A DNA stretch of 61,080 nucleotides from an uncultured Bacilli bacterium (GCA_947623935.1 CANQIE010000003.1:1-61080), one strand, 5' to 3'. Counted from the stretch's first letter, positions 28,368 to 37,514 are shown. A program made the numbers and translations. The notes: generated by a model from the sequence alone, not told the origin.

Positions 28368-29287
28368 TGTTGATGAGTGCTCAAGATATATGGAAAAATA
28401 TGCCCAAAGAAGAAAATCCAATGGGACGTGCACCTAGCATTATCAATGGGGAAAAGAAAACTTTAACGAAAAGTAATTTAAAAATGTATGTGAATAGTAC
28501 CCCTATTGAGGATATCAATAAAGACACCTTTTTAGATTTCTTTGATGCATCTACTTTAGATAAAGTCATTCCTTCTACAACACTCTATCTACCGCACCTT
28601 ATATTTCATGCATATTACACCGATGAACAGATTTTAGCCCTTACGAATTTTATCTTTGAACTTGTATCTTGTCATCTTTTAACAACCGGTACAGGAATGA
28701 ATTACTTGCAATGTATATTTAATCGTCCAGAAGCATTACGTGAGGATACGGTTAAAAAGTTACTTGATCAAGGCATGGAAATAGGTGCTAACTTTGATCA
28801 TCGTGATGAAAATTGGAACACTGTTCTAGAATGGGCTTTAGTAGGAAATGGTTATCCTGGTGCCATAAGTGATATCTATCCTTATATGCCTCCTAGTTTT
28901 CATCCCAATATAAAGGATGGTAGTTATTATGATTTTAATCGAGATGAATTATTGTTTACAGATTTGGCAGAAATTACTTTAGGAAAAATATACTTCAACT
29001 ATGATGCAGAAAGTGAGGTTTATGATAAATATAAAACAATAAGACGTTATCAAAACCGCTATAAAAATTATAAAAATAGCAATAATAGTTATTTATTAAA
29101 AGTTTTGTGTAGTCATACGAATAATTTTTATCTTAGGTGTCATTTAAAGCCTTATGCTTTTGATGAAATTTCTTGTTGGAGTAAAGAATTAGCAGATTTT
29201 GCTGGTGTGTTTAAAAAAACAAAACTGAATACGATGGGAAGTTATTGGAAAGATAAGGAAAAAGAAAAGATATTAGTTAAAGAATAA
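28364..29287 (+). CDS. Hypothetical protein with degenerate ankyrin-like repeats (paralog A)
   Basis: GMNYLQCIF..TVKKLLDQGMEIGANFDHRDENWNTVLEWAL resembles the ANK consensus; paralog of 29297. Confidence 0.55.
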   Translation: MMLMSAQDIWKNMPKEENPMGRAPSIINGEKKTLTKSNLKMYVNSTPIEDINKDTFLDFFDASTLDKVIPSTTLYLPHLIFHAYYTDEQILALTNFIFELVSCHLLTTGTGMNYLQCIFNRPEALREDTVKKLLDQGMEIGANFDHRDENWNTVLEWALVGNGYPGAISDIYPYMPPSFHPNIKDGSYYDFNRDELLFTDLAEITLGKIYFNYDAESEVYDKYKTIRRYQNRYKNYKNSNNSYLLKVLCSHTNNFYLRCHLKPYAFDEISCWSKELADFAGVFKKTKLNTMGSYWKDKEKEKILVKE

Positions 29288-29296
29288 TAGGAAAGG

Positions 29297-30205
29297 ATGA
29301 TGTTGATGAGTGCTCAAGACATATGGAAAAATATGCCCCAAGAAGAAAATCCAATGGGATGTGCACCTGGTATTCTAAATGAGCAAAAGAAGCCTTTAAC
29401 GAGGAATCATTTAAGAATGTATACTTCTATTACACCTGTTAAGGATATCAATAAAGACACCTTTTTGGATTACTTTGATGAATCCACTTTAGATAAAGTA
29501 ATTCCATCAACTGAACTTTATTTACCTCATCTTATCTTTTATGATCATTATACAGATGAACAAATTTTAGCATTAACCAGTTTCATCTTTGATCTAGTAT
29601 CTTGTCACCTTTTAACGGAAAATACAGGTATGAATTACTTACAATGTATGTTTAATCGTCCACAGGCCTTATATGTTGCTACCATTATTGAACTACTTAA
29701 ACAAGGAATTGAAATTGGTGCTAATTTTGATCACCTTGATAATGATTGGAATTCTCTTCTTTCGTGGGCTTTGGTAGGAAATGGTTGTCCTGGTGAAATA
29801 AGTAAACTTTATCCCTATATATCTCCTGATTTTCATCCCGATAGGGTTAGTTATTATAAATTTAATCGAGATGAATTAATGTTTACGGGTTTGGTTAGTA
29901 TTGCTTTGGGAAAAATATATATTGATTATGATACAAAAGGTGAAAAAAAATATAGAGATGGAAATATAGGCGACTTTCAAGACCTTTACAACCGATTTAA
30001 GAAAAGAAATAACAATAGTTATTTATTAACTGTTTTACTTAATCACACGAGTGATTGTTATCTTAAAAGACATTTAAATGCTTATAAACCTAATGAGATT
30101 CCATACATGGCTAATGAATTATCAGCATTTGCTGGTGTATTTGAAAAAGATTTACTTGATACGATGGGAAGTTACTGGAAAGAAAAAGTTTTAACCAAAG
30201 AATAA
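29297..30205 (+). CDS. Hypothetical protein with degenerate ankyrin-like repeats (paralog B)
   Basis: Colinear with paralog A over its full length; first ~80 bp including RBS almost identical. Confidence 0.55.
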   Translation: MMLMSAQDIWKNMPQEENPMGCAPGILNEQKKPLTRNHLRMYTSITPVKDINKDTFLDYFDESTLDKVIPSTELYLPHLIFYDHYTDEQILALTSFIFDLVSCHLLTENTGMNYLQCMFNRPQALYVATIIELLKQGIEIGANFDHLDNDWNSLLSWALVGNGCPGEISKLYPYISPDFHPDRVSYYKFNRDELMFTGLVSIALGKIYIDYDTKGEKKYRDGNIGDFQDLYNRFKKRNNNSYLLTVLLNHTSDCYLKRHLNAYKPNEIPYMANELSAFAGVFEKDLLDTMGSYWKEKVLTKE

Positions 30206-30233
30206 GGCCTTACTTTACGTCAATTAAAAGGGC

Positions 30234-30270
30234 TTCGACCTTATTCGATGGTATTCGACATAAGTTGACA
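30234..30270 (+). promoter_or_regulatory. Tandem Spo0A boxes upstream of spo0A
   Basis: TTCGACC (30234), TTCGATG (30244), TTCGACA (30254, exact reverse complement of TGTCGAA), GTTGACA (30264); exact 10-bp period. Confidence 0.7.
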
Positions 30271-30352
30271 AAACTAGCTAATAATCGCTGTTCCTTTTTG
30301 TACTTATTTCGTGTATAATGATAATTGCGTGGTAGTAAGAAAGGAATAAGGT

Positions 30353-31132
30353 ATGAATAAAATAAGACTACTAATGGTGGACGACAATGTCGAACTCATC
30401 AAAATGATCGAGGAGTACTTTAAAAATCACGCTACTATTGAGCTAGCATTATCGGCAAATAATGGCGAAGAGGGAATCAAGATGATTGAAGAGCATCAAG
30501 AGGAATACGATATTTTAATACTAGACTTAGTAATGCCTAAGAAAGATGGTGTTTCGGTATTAGAAGATATGCGAAGAAAGAACATTGATAAAAAGACAAT
30601 TGTTTTAACTTCGTATAACGCTCCAGATATGATTCGTAAAGTATCCGAACTAGGAGCTAGTTACTTTATATTAAAACCTTTTGAATTGACCGAATTTGAA
30701 AGTAAGATTCTGGATTGTGTAAGACCTTCTAATACCAGTAGAAAAGCGATTGATATTTATCATAACAATTTGCAAATATCGATTACAAAGATTCTACATG
30801 AATTAGGTGTTCCATCGCATATCAAAGGATATCAATATATTAGGGAAGGTATCATCATTTTATATGAACATCCTGAAATTGTAGGAGGAATTACCAAAGA
30901 ACTTTATCCCGATATTGCCAAGAAGTTTGATACCACAGTATCCAGAGTTGAGCGAGCAATAAGACATGCCATTGAAGTCAGTTGGAATCGTGGTAATTGG
31001 CAATTAATGGAAGATATCTTCGGTCATAGTGTCGATATCGATAAAGCGAAACCAACGAATTCTGAATTTGTAGTTACTGTTGCCGATAAATTAAGACTTG
31101 AATTTCATAAACAAGGTGCCTATCAAGACTAG
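30353..31132 (+). CDS. spo0A: Sporulation master regulator Spo0A
   Basis: Receiver domain (VDDN, LDLVMP) plus [44 protein letters not shown]. Confidence 0.96.
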   Translation: MNKIRLLMVDDNVELIKMIEEYFKNHATIELALSANNGEEGIKMIEEHQEEYDILILDLVMPKKDGVSVLEDMRRKNIDKKTIVLTSYNAPDMIRKVSELGASYFILKPFELTEFESKILDCVRPSNTSRKAIDIYHNNLQISITKILHELGVPSHIKGYQYIREGIIILYEHPEIVGGITKELYPDIAKKFDTTVSRVERAIRHAIEVSWNRGNWQLMEDIFGHSVDIDKAKPTNSEFVVTVADKLRLEFHKQGAYQD

Positions 31133-31208
31133 CAGTTATGGTCTTTTTTTGTTTGTTCTTTTTTACGTTCTATGGTATAGTAAAAATAGGGAAGAAAGGA
31201 AGTAGAAT

Positions 31209-31508
31209 ATGGATAACAAAGCTTTATATTTAAAAAAGAAAATGGAGATTAAAGAGAACTTAGCTTCTTTGCATCAAGAGGTCATCGATACTTTATATTT
31301 GATTGATCAACTTAAAGATGATCCAGCGTATACAGAGTTATTAAATGATGAAGATTATGAACTATTATGTAACTTGTATTTTAGATTACCTGGAAAGCAT
31401 CCTAATGTATCAGAAGCTATGAAAGCAAAAGTAGAAACGCCTAAGCAAGAAGAAGCACCAAAAGAAAAAGTATTAAATTTTGGGAGGACAATCGTTATTA
31501 TGCCTTAA
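31209..31508 (+). CDS. Hypothetical protein
   Basis: 99 aa with RBS and downstream terminator. Confidence 0.7.
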   Translation: MDNKALYLKKKMEIKENLASLHQEVIDTLYLIDQLKDDPAYTELLNDEDYELLCNLYFRLPGKHPNVSEAMKAKVETPKQEEAPKEKVLNFGRTIVIMP

Positions 31509-31617
31509 CGAGTACCAATAAAAATGGTACTTTTTTTAATTTGTAGACAACTTCTTGACTATTTTTTTTTGTTATATTATACTTTAACTATAGAAAATTG
31601 TTAGGAGGATACGATTT

Positions 31618-32892
31618 ATGGAACGAAAAATAATGAATGATTTACTACGCTGGAAAAGAGACGATAACCGTAAACCTTTGTTAATTTATGGCAATAAGCA
31701 AGTAGGAAAAACCTATACTGTTTTAGAGTTTGGAAAAAAAGAGTACAAGAGCTGTGCCTATTTTAATTGTGAAAACAATATTGAACTTTTAGAAATCTTT
31801 AAAAAAGAAAGTAGCATCGATAAACTTATTTTAAAATTATCCATGATCTCTGGAGAACAAATCATTAAACAAGATACCCTTTTGGTTTTTGATAATGTGC
31901 AAGATATCGAAATTGTAAGGGTAGTGAAACGATTTGCTAAGGAACAAAATAGTTACCATATCATTATGATTACGTCTTCAAGAGAGAACTTAAATAAATT
32001 TAAGTCAGAAGAACTTCAGTTTAAGTACATGTTTGCTCTTGATTTTGAAGAATATTTAAAAGCCATTAAACAAGAGCAACTTATTGACTTTATTAGAGAT
32101 TCTTATAAAAACAACAAACCCATGCCTTTTCATAACATTGCTCTTGATTACTATGAGAACTATATGATGACTGGAGGGTTCCCTGAAGCGGTGGAAGTAT
32201 CGCTTGCTAGTGATAATCCTCTTGCTCTAGCATCGGTTCATCAAAAGATTCTAGATACCTATCCTAAAGAGTTTTTAAGACAAGAACAATTAATCGATAT
32301 GTCTAGAGCAATGGAAGTCTACCGTATTGCACCTTATCAATTAGTAAAACCTAATAAAAAGTTCCAGTATGGACTTATGAAGATGGGAAGTCGTGCCAAA
32401 GAGTATACTTCTTCAATCGATTTTTTAAGCGAAAACCATTACTTAAATCGTTCTTATAAAGTGAGTGAAGTTAAAGCTCCTCTAAGTAAATGCAAGGATG
32501 ATGAAAGTTTTAAACTTTATCTTCCCGATACCGGTATCTTATTTCATATGCTTCATTTAAGTAAGATACGGTTTTTAGGAGATGACCGATATAAATATCT
32601 ACTCTATGAAAATGCTCTTGCAAATACTATTTTAATGTGTGGTTATAGTCTTTATTATTACCAGTCGGAAGGAAAAGCCGAGATTTCGTTTGTCGTTCAA
32701 ACACGAAATGGAAAGATCATTCCGATTGAGTTAGTTAATAAAAATGTAGCCAAAGCAAAGTCCCTTACTTTATTTATGAATAAATTTAAAGTAGAAGAAG
32801 CTATTAGAGTAACCGAAGAGAATTTTAGCATGAAAAAAGGAATTAAATATGTTCCCGTTTATGCAACATTCTTATTTAAAGAAAACTTATAG
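31618..32892 (+). CDS. AAA_14/DUF4143-family ATP-binding protein, degenerate motifs
   Basis: [36 protein letters not shown]; Walker B reads FDNVQ. Confidence 0.85.
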   Translation: MERKIMNDLLRWKRDDNRKPLLIYGNKQVGKTYTVLEFGKKEYKSCAYFNCENNIELLEIFKKESSIDKLILKLSMISGEQIIKQDTLLVFDNVQDIEIVRVVKRFAKEQNSYHIIMITSSRENLNKFKSEELQFKYMFALDFEEYLKAIKQEQLIDFIRDSYKNNKPMPFHNIALDYYENYMMTGGFPEAVEVSLASDNPLALASVHQKILDTYPKEFLRQEQLIDMSRAMEVYRIAPYQLVKPNKKFQYGLMKMGSRAKEYTSSIDFLSENHYLNRSYKVSEVKAPLSKCKDDESFKLYLPDTGILFHMLHLSKIRFLGDDRYKYLLYENALANTILMCGYSLYYYQSEGKAEISFVVQTRNGKIIPIELVNKNVAKAKSLTLFMNKFKVEEAIRVTEENFSMKKGIKYVPVYATFLFKENL

Positions 32893-32905
32893 AAAAGAGG
32901 ATAAT

Positions 32906-33592
32906 ATGATTAAATTAGTTTTGGTACGACATGGTCAAAGTATTTGGAATTTAGAAAATCGTTTTACAGGATGGACCGATGTGGGATTAAGTGAACAAGG
33001 TGTGAAAGAAGCAATTGATGCCGGAAAAGTTTTAAAGGAGAAAGGTTTTACCTTTGATGTTGCTTATACCTCCGTCTTAAAAAGAGCTATTGATACATTA
33101 GAATATATTTTAAAAGAATTGGATTTGAAGATTCCTATTTATTATAGTTGGAAATTGAATGAGCGCCATTACGGAGCTTTACAAGGACTTAATAAAGATG
33201 AAACAAGAGTAAAGTATGGAGAAGAACAGGTTCATTTATGGAGAAGAAGTACTTCTGTTAGACCTCCTGCTTTAACAAAAGAAGATGAACGTTATCCGGG
33301 GAATGACTCAAAATACAAAGACTTAAAAGAAGAAGAGATTCCTTTAACTGAGAATTTAGTAGATACGATCAAACGTGTTTCTTCCTACTGGGAATCTACT
33401 ATTAAGCAAGATCTTCTAGATCATAAAAAAGTGCTTATTGTTGCTCATGGAAATAGTTTAAGAGGACTTATTAAGTATTTAGATGAATTAACGGAAGAAG
33501 AAGTCATGACCCTAGAACTTGAAACAGGAAATCCTATTTGTTATGAGTTAGATGATAACTTAAAACCAATCAAACATTATTATTTAAAGTAA
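32906..33592 (+). CDS. gpmA: 2,3-BPG-dependent phosphoglycerate mutase
   Basis: [36 protein letters not shown]; start moved to ATG 32906. Confidence 0.97.
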   Translation: MIKLVLVRHGQSIWNLENRFTGWTDVGLSEQGVKEAIDAGKVLKEKGFTFDVAYTSVLKRAIDTLEYILKELDLKIPIYYSWKLNERHYGALQGLNKDETRVKYGEEQVHLWRRSTSVRPPALTKEDERYPGNDSKYKDLKEEEIPLTENLVDTIKRVSSYWESTIKQDLLDHKKVLIVAHGNSLRGLIKYLDELTEEEVMTLELETGNPICYELDDNLKPIKHYYLK

Positions 33593-33617
33593 TTCACTGT
33601 AAAAAGTGGATTTTTTT
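33592..33617 (+). terminator. Rho-independent terminator directly upstream of promoter copy 4
   Basis: ATTCACT-loop-AGTGGAT plus T-run. Confidence 0.6.
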
Positions 33618-33638
33618 GCCCAAAAAATTAACAAAAAG

Positions 33639-33666
33639 TTGACGTGGGGGGGGGTAGTTTTATAAT
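33639..33666 (+). promoter_or_regulatory. sigmaA-type promoter with G9 tract in spacer (copy 4)
   Basis: TTGACG (33639-44), G9 at 33646-54, TATAAT (33661-66), 16-bp spacer. Confidence 0.85.
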
Positions 33667-33765
33667 AAAAATAGAATAGGAAGTTTCTTTTTAGTTAACT
33701 TTTGTGTTTTAATAATAAAAATAAACTATAATGGAAAGTATAAATAATAAAGGAAGTGTAGAGCG

Positions 33766-36108
33766 ATGAAGATAAAAGGAAGACAACAGGTAGCCTTGTT
33801 TCTATTTTTATTGGGAATGATCTGTTTGTTATCCGGAACAAGTTATGCTTTCTATGAAGTACTTTATGAAGGAAGAACAGAAAATAAATTGGAAGCAGGA
33901 AGCTTTGCTATAGCCTTTGAAAATAAAAGTAATACTATCACTTTAGATAATGCTTATCCCATGAGTGATGAAGAAGGAAATAATCTTGATCCTTTTCGTT
34001 TTTCAATAACGAATAATGGAACCCTTGCTTCCAAGTATCAATTAAGTATAGAAGAAGATAGTAAGAATACCTTAAGTCGAGGATATTTAAAATATAGTTT
34101 AAAGAGAAATAATGAAGAAATAACTAGTTCTTCTACTTTATCTAGTTTAATCATAGTAGATAATCAAACATTAGCACCAGAAGCAGTAGATAATTATGAA
34201 TTAAGGATATGGATTGATTATAATACGCCTAATGAAGCGATGAATCAAATATGGAAAGGAAAGATAAAGTTAGTAGCCCATGATAATGGAGTACAATATA
34301 TAGAAGACCATATAGCCCCAACCATAGAACTAGAAAAAGAATTAGTCATGACGGTTGAAAAGGGAGAAACCTTTACTGATCCAGGGGTAAAATCTGTAAC
34401 AGATAATGTAGATAAAACAATAGATAAAAGTAAAGTAACTATTCGTTATGAATATTATGATGGAGATAAAGTAAGTACAGTAACTGGTGTAGATACAGGA
34501 AAAGAAGGAGTATATATCATCTATTATGAAATAAAAGATGAAAGTGGAAATAAAGGAGTAGTAGCAAGGACTGTAAATGTAGTCCAAGTTAATAAAAATG
34601 CCCCAACGATTACTTTGATAGGAGAAAGTACCTTAACGTATGCAAGAGGAAATTACTATGTAGAACCTGGAGCAACCGCCAAAGATGAACAGAATAATGA
34701 TTTAACGAATCAAGTAATAACAATTCATAATTTGAACTTAAACATAGAAGGAGACCAAATAGTCAAGTACTTTGTAATAGATAAAGATGGAAACATAGGA
34801 GGGAACACAAGAAATATACATGTAGTGCCTGCCTATAAAGATAGTACGAATGCCAATGAACCAAAGATCGTTGAAGGAATGATACCAGTAAGGTATGACG
34901 ATAATTTACAAAAATGGGTCAAAGTAGATATGATAGATCAATGGTACAATTATGAAATACAAGAATGGGCGAATGCCGTAACAGTAAAAGAAACAGGAAC
35001 CAAGACAAGAAAAGAATATCAAACAGCAGCAAAAGATACACCAATAGAGATGGAAGACATTAATACGATGTGGGTATGGATACCAAGATATGAATACAAT
35101 TATGTAAGTATTGCAAATTATGCAGGAGGAACTCAAGCTCAACCAGGAGAAATAAAAGTTAACTTTATAAGTGGGACCAGTAGCAAAGTAAGTGATGAAA
35201 ATAATTATAAAATGCATCCAGCGTTTACTTTTGGAGATAAAGAACTAACAGGAATCTGGTATGGAAAGTTTGAAACAAGTACAAAAGAAACATGTGTTGC
35301 AGGAGATTATTCAGTTGATAAAGCCTGTGATATAGAAACGTATACTCCAGAAATAAAACCGAATGTAACTTCATGGAGAGGAATCCGATTATCAACTGCT
35401 TTTGAAGTAAGTAGAAGAATGCAAACGACAAATTATAATATTTACGGATTTTCTAATAGTCAAACCAGTTATGATACACATATGAGTAAGAATAGTGACT
35501 GGGCTTCAGCTGCCTACCTATCTCAAAGTAAGTATGGAAAATACGGAAAAGATAAACAAGAAGTATATATAAACAACTGTTTAAATGATATAACAGGAAT
35601 AGCAGGAGATACAGCAAGTGCAAGTCGTGATTCTGTTTGTAAAAATACTTATGAAACAGAAGCAGGACAAAAAGCATCTACCACAGGAAATATTACAGGA
35701 ATCTATGATATGAGTGGCGGAGCATATGAATATGTAATGGGCGCTTTAAGTGATGAAAATGGTAAACCAAGAAGTGGTAGAAATGGTGAATATAATTCAG
35801 GATTCAATGGAGCATTAGAAAGTGATTTAGTATCTAAAGGAAGGATATTACCTGACGCCAAGTATTATGATTTATATACAGGTACTACTTTAGCAACAGC
35901 ATGTGGGAGTGGAATATGTTATGGAGATGCTTTTTCAGAGACTGTAAGATGGGGGTTTGATCATCAACTTTTTATGAGTTCTTCGAGCCCATGGGTAGCT
36001 CGTGGTGACCGTTGGACGGGTGGCACGGTAGCTGGTGTGTTTGGTGCGGCGGGTTCCGCAGGCGGTGCGACTATCAGCACGGGTTTCCGCTTGGTACTTA
36101 CTCCTTAA
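33766..36108 (+). CDS. Surface protein family copy 4 (same architecture as copies 2 and 3)
   Basis: Near-identical N-terminus; C-terminus PWVARGDRWTGGTVAGVFGAAGSAGGATISTGFRLVLTP resembles a DGR variable region. Confidence 0.85.
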   Translation: MKIKGRQQVALFLFLLGMICLLSGTSYAFYEVLYEGRTENKLEAGSFAIAFENKSNTITLDNAYPMSDEEGNNLDPFRFSITNNGTLASKYQLSIEEDSKNTLSRGYLKYSLKRNNEEITSSSTLSSLIIVDNQTLAPEAVDNYELRIWIDYNTPNEAMNQIWKGKIKLVAHDNGVQYIEDHIAPTIELEKELVMTVEKGETFTDPGVKSVTDNVDKTIDKSKVTIRYEYYDGDKVSTVTGVDTGKEGVYIIYYEIKDESGNKGVVARTVNVVQVNKNAPTITLIGESTLTYARGNYYVEPGATAKDEQNNDLTNQVITIHNLNLNIEGDQIVKYFVIDKDGNIGGNTRNIHVVPAYKDSTNANEPKIVEGMIPVRYDDNLQKWVKVDMIDQWYNYEIQEWANAVTVKETGTKTRKEYQTAAKDTPIEMEDINTMWVWIPRYEYNYVSIANYAGGTQAQPGEIKVNFISGTSSKVSDENNYKMHPAFTFGDKELTGIWYGKFETSTKETCVAGDYSVDKACDIETYTPEIKPNVTSWRGIRLSTAFEVSRRMQTTNYNIYGFSNSQTSYDTHMSKNSDWASAAYLSQSKYGKYGKDKQEVYINNCLNDITGIAGDTASASRDSVCKNTYETEAGQKASTTGNITGIYDMSGGAYEYVMGALSDENGKPRSGRNGEYNSGFNGALESDLVSKGRILPDAKYYDLYTGTTLATACGSGICYGDAFSETVRWGFDHQLFMSSSSPWVARGDRWTGGTVAGVFGAAGSAGGATISTGFRLVLTP

Positions 36109-36152
36109 TGATTTTGCAAAATGAACTATGGAAGAGATAGAAATAAAAAAAT

Positions 36153-36258
36153 GACTTTGTCAAGTTAACTGTGTAAAAAATTGATATGAACCCTATTTCT
36201 TGGGAAAAGAAATGAGATTCATATTAAAAAATAATTACACAGTTTTTTTATTGAAAGC
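36153..36258. mobile_element. Possible 106-bp MITE-like remnant (IS256-like ends) or long hairpin
   Basis: Nested inverted repeats AACTGTGTAA/TTACACAGTT, ATATGAA/TTCATAT, ATTTCTT/AAGAAAT; no clear target-site duplication. Confidence 0.3.
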
Positions 36259-36302
36259 AGAAAACAAACGTTTTATAATAAAGATAAGAGGAGGTATTAT
36301 TT

Positions 36303-37514
36303 ATGGAGAAAAAGAGAATTATTTTTCATGTCGATGTAAATAATGCCTTTTTGTCTTGGACCGCAGTTAAGATGTTGGAAGAGGGCTCAAGTATTGATAT
36401 TCGTACCATTCCTTCTGTTATTGGGGGAGACGAAGAGAACAGACACGGTATTGTTTTAGCGAAATCTCCTGTTGCTAAAAAGTATGGCATTAAGACTGCA
36501 GAGACCCTTTATGAAGCAAGGAAAAAGTGTTCTTCTCTTAAGACTTATCCATCGGACCATGCTTATTATAAGATGAAGTCTCATGAACTCTACCAATATT
36601 TTTTAACGATTACTCCTAATGTAGAACCTTTCTCGATTGATGAAAGTTTTTTAGATATGAGTGGTATGCGTTATCTACATAAAGATTTGATTCAGTTTGC
36701 GTACGAGATGAAAGATGAAATCAAGAAACGATTTGGATACACCGTCAATATTGGAATTGCAAATTGTAAACTGTGTGCAAAGATGGCTTCTGACTTTGAA
36801 AAACCAGATAAAGTACATACCCTTTTTGATGAAGAGATTAAAACAAAGATGTGGCCTTTACCTGTCGAAGACTTATTTATGGTGGGAAAGTCTACGAGTG
36901 AGAAATTAAAACAATTGGGAATTAAAACGATTGGAGACTTAGCAAGTAAAGATTTAAATTACTTACGTAAATACTTTAAATCGTTTGCTGTAACCTTACA
37001 CGAATATGCCAATGGAATTGACAACAGTTTAGTAGGAAAGAAAAAAACAGAGAGTAAAAGTATTTCTACTACGGAGACGTTATCCACCGATGTTGTGGAT
37101 AAAGCTATTTTAAAAAAGATTCTTTTAAAACAAGTAGATGAAGTAGGAAGAGATTTAAGACGTCAGGGATTTTATGCATCGACCATTGCGGTTATTTTAA
37201 GAACAAAAGACTTTGTCGATTATTCGCATCAAACGAAACTGGTAAATGCGACCAATGTGAATGAAGAAATCTATAAAACCGTTTGCCAATTATTAGACCA
37301 TGTTTATAGAGGAGAACCTATTCGTCTTATTGGTGTTCGGCTTGCTGATTTTACGAAAGAACGGATTAAACAAGTTTCTCTTTTTGAACGACCTAGTGAT
37401 GTTGAAAATGAAAAAGTGCAAAAGACCATGGATGAAATCAATGACCGTTTTGGGTCTACAAGTATTATTCCTGCTAGCCTTTTAAAACAAGAAAAAAAGA
37501 TTGACAAGAACTAA
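36303..37514 (+). CDS. dinB: DNA polymerase IV (Y family)
   Basis: FHVDVNNAF, SIDESFLD, CAKMASDFEKPD, IRLIGVR. Confidence 0.95.
   Translation: MEKKRIIFHVDVNNAFLSWTAVKMLEEGSSIDIRTIPSVIGGDEENRHGIVLAKSPVAKKYGIKTAETLYEARKKCSSLKTYPSDHAYYKMKSHELYQYFLTITPNVEPFSIDESFLDMSGMRYLHKDLIQFAYEMKDEIKKRFGYTVNIGIANCKLCAKMASDFEKPDKVHTLFDEEIKTKMWPLPVEDLFMVGKSTSEKLKQLGIKTIGDLASKDLNYLRKYFKSFAVTLHEYANGIDNSLVGKKKTESKSISTTETLSTDVVDKAILKKILLKQVDEVGRDLRRQGFYASTIAVILRTKDFVDYSHQTKLVNATNVNEEIYKTVCQLLDHVYRGEPIRLIGVRLADFTKERIKQVSLFERPSDVENEKVQKTMDEINDRFGSTSIIPASLLKQEKKIDKN

Noticed and set aside
31555-31583. T9 tract in the promoter spacer of the DUF4143 gene as a phase-variable site
   Set aside because: T and A runs of this length are common in this AT-rich sequence, it occurs once, and the spacer is already 17 bp.
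33731-33769. 12-codon uORF (MESINNKGSVER*) overlapping the start of copy 4; in frame in copy 1 (ATG 211)
   Set aside because: No Shine-Dalgarno upstream, reading frame differs between copies and it is absent from copies 2 and 3; likely incidental.
36258-36275. LexA/SOS box upstream of dinB (AAAC-AAAC-GTTT)
   Set aside because: Two mismatches in the GAAC-N4-GTTC core, and no matching box upstream of uvrA.
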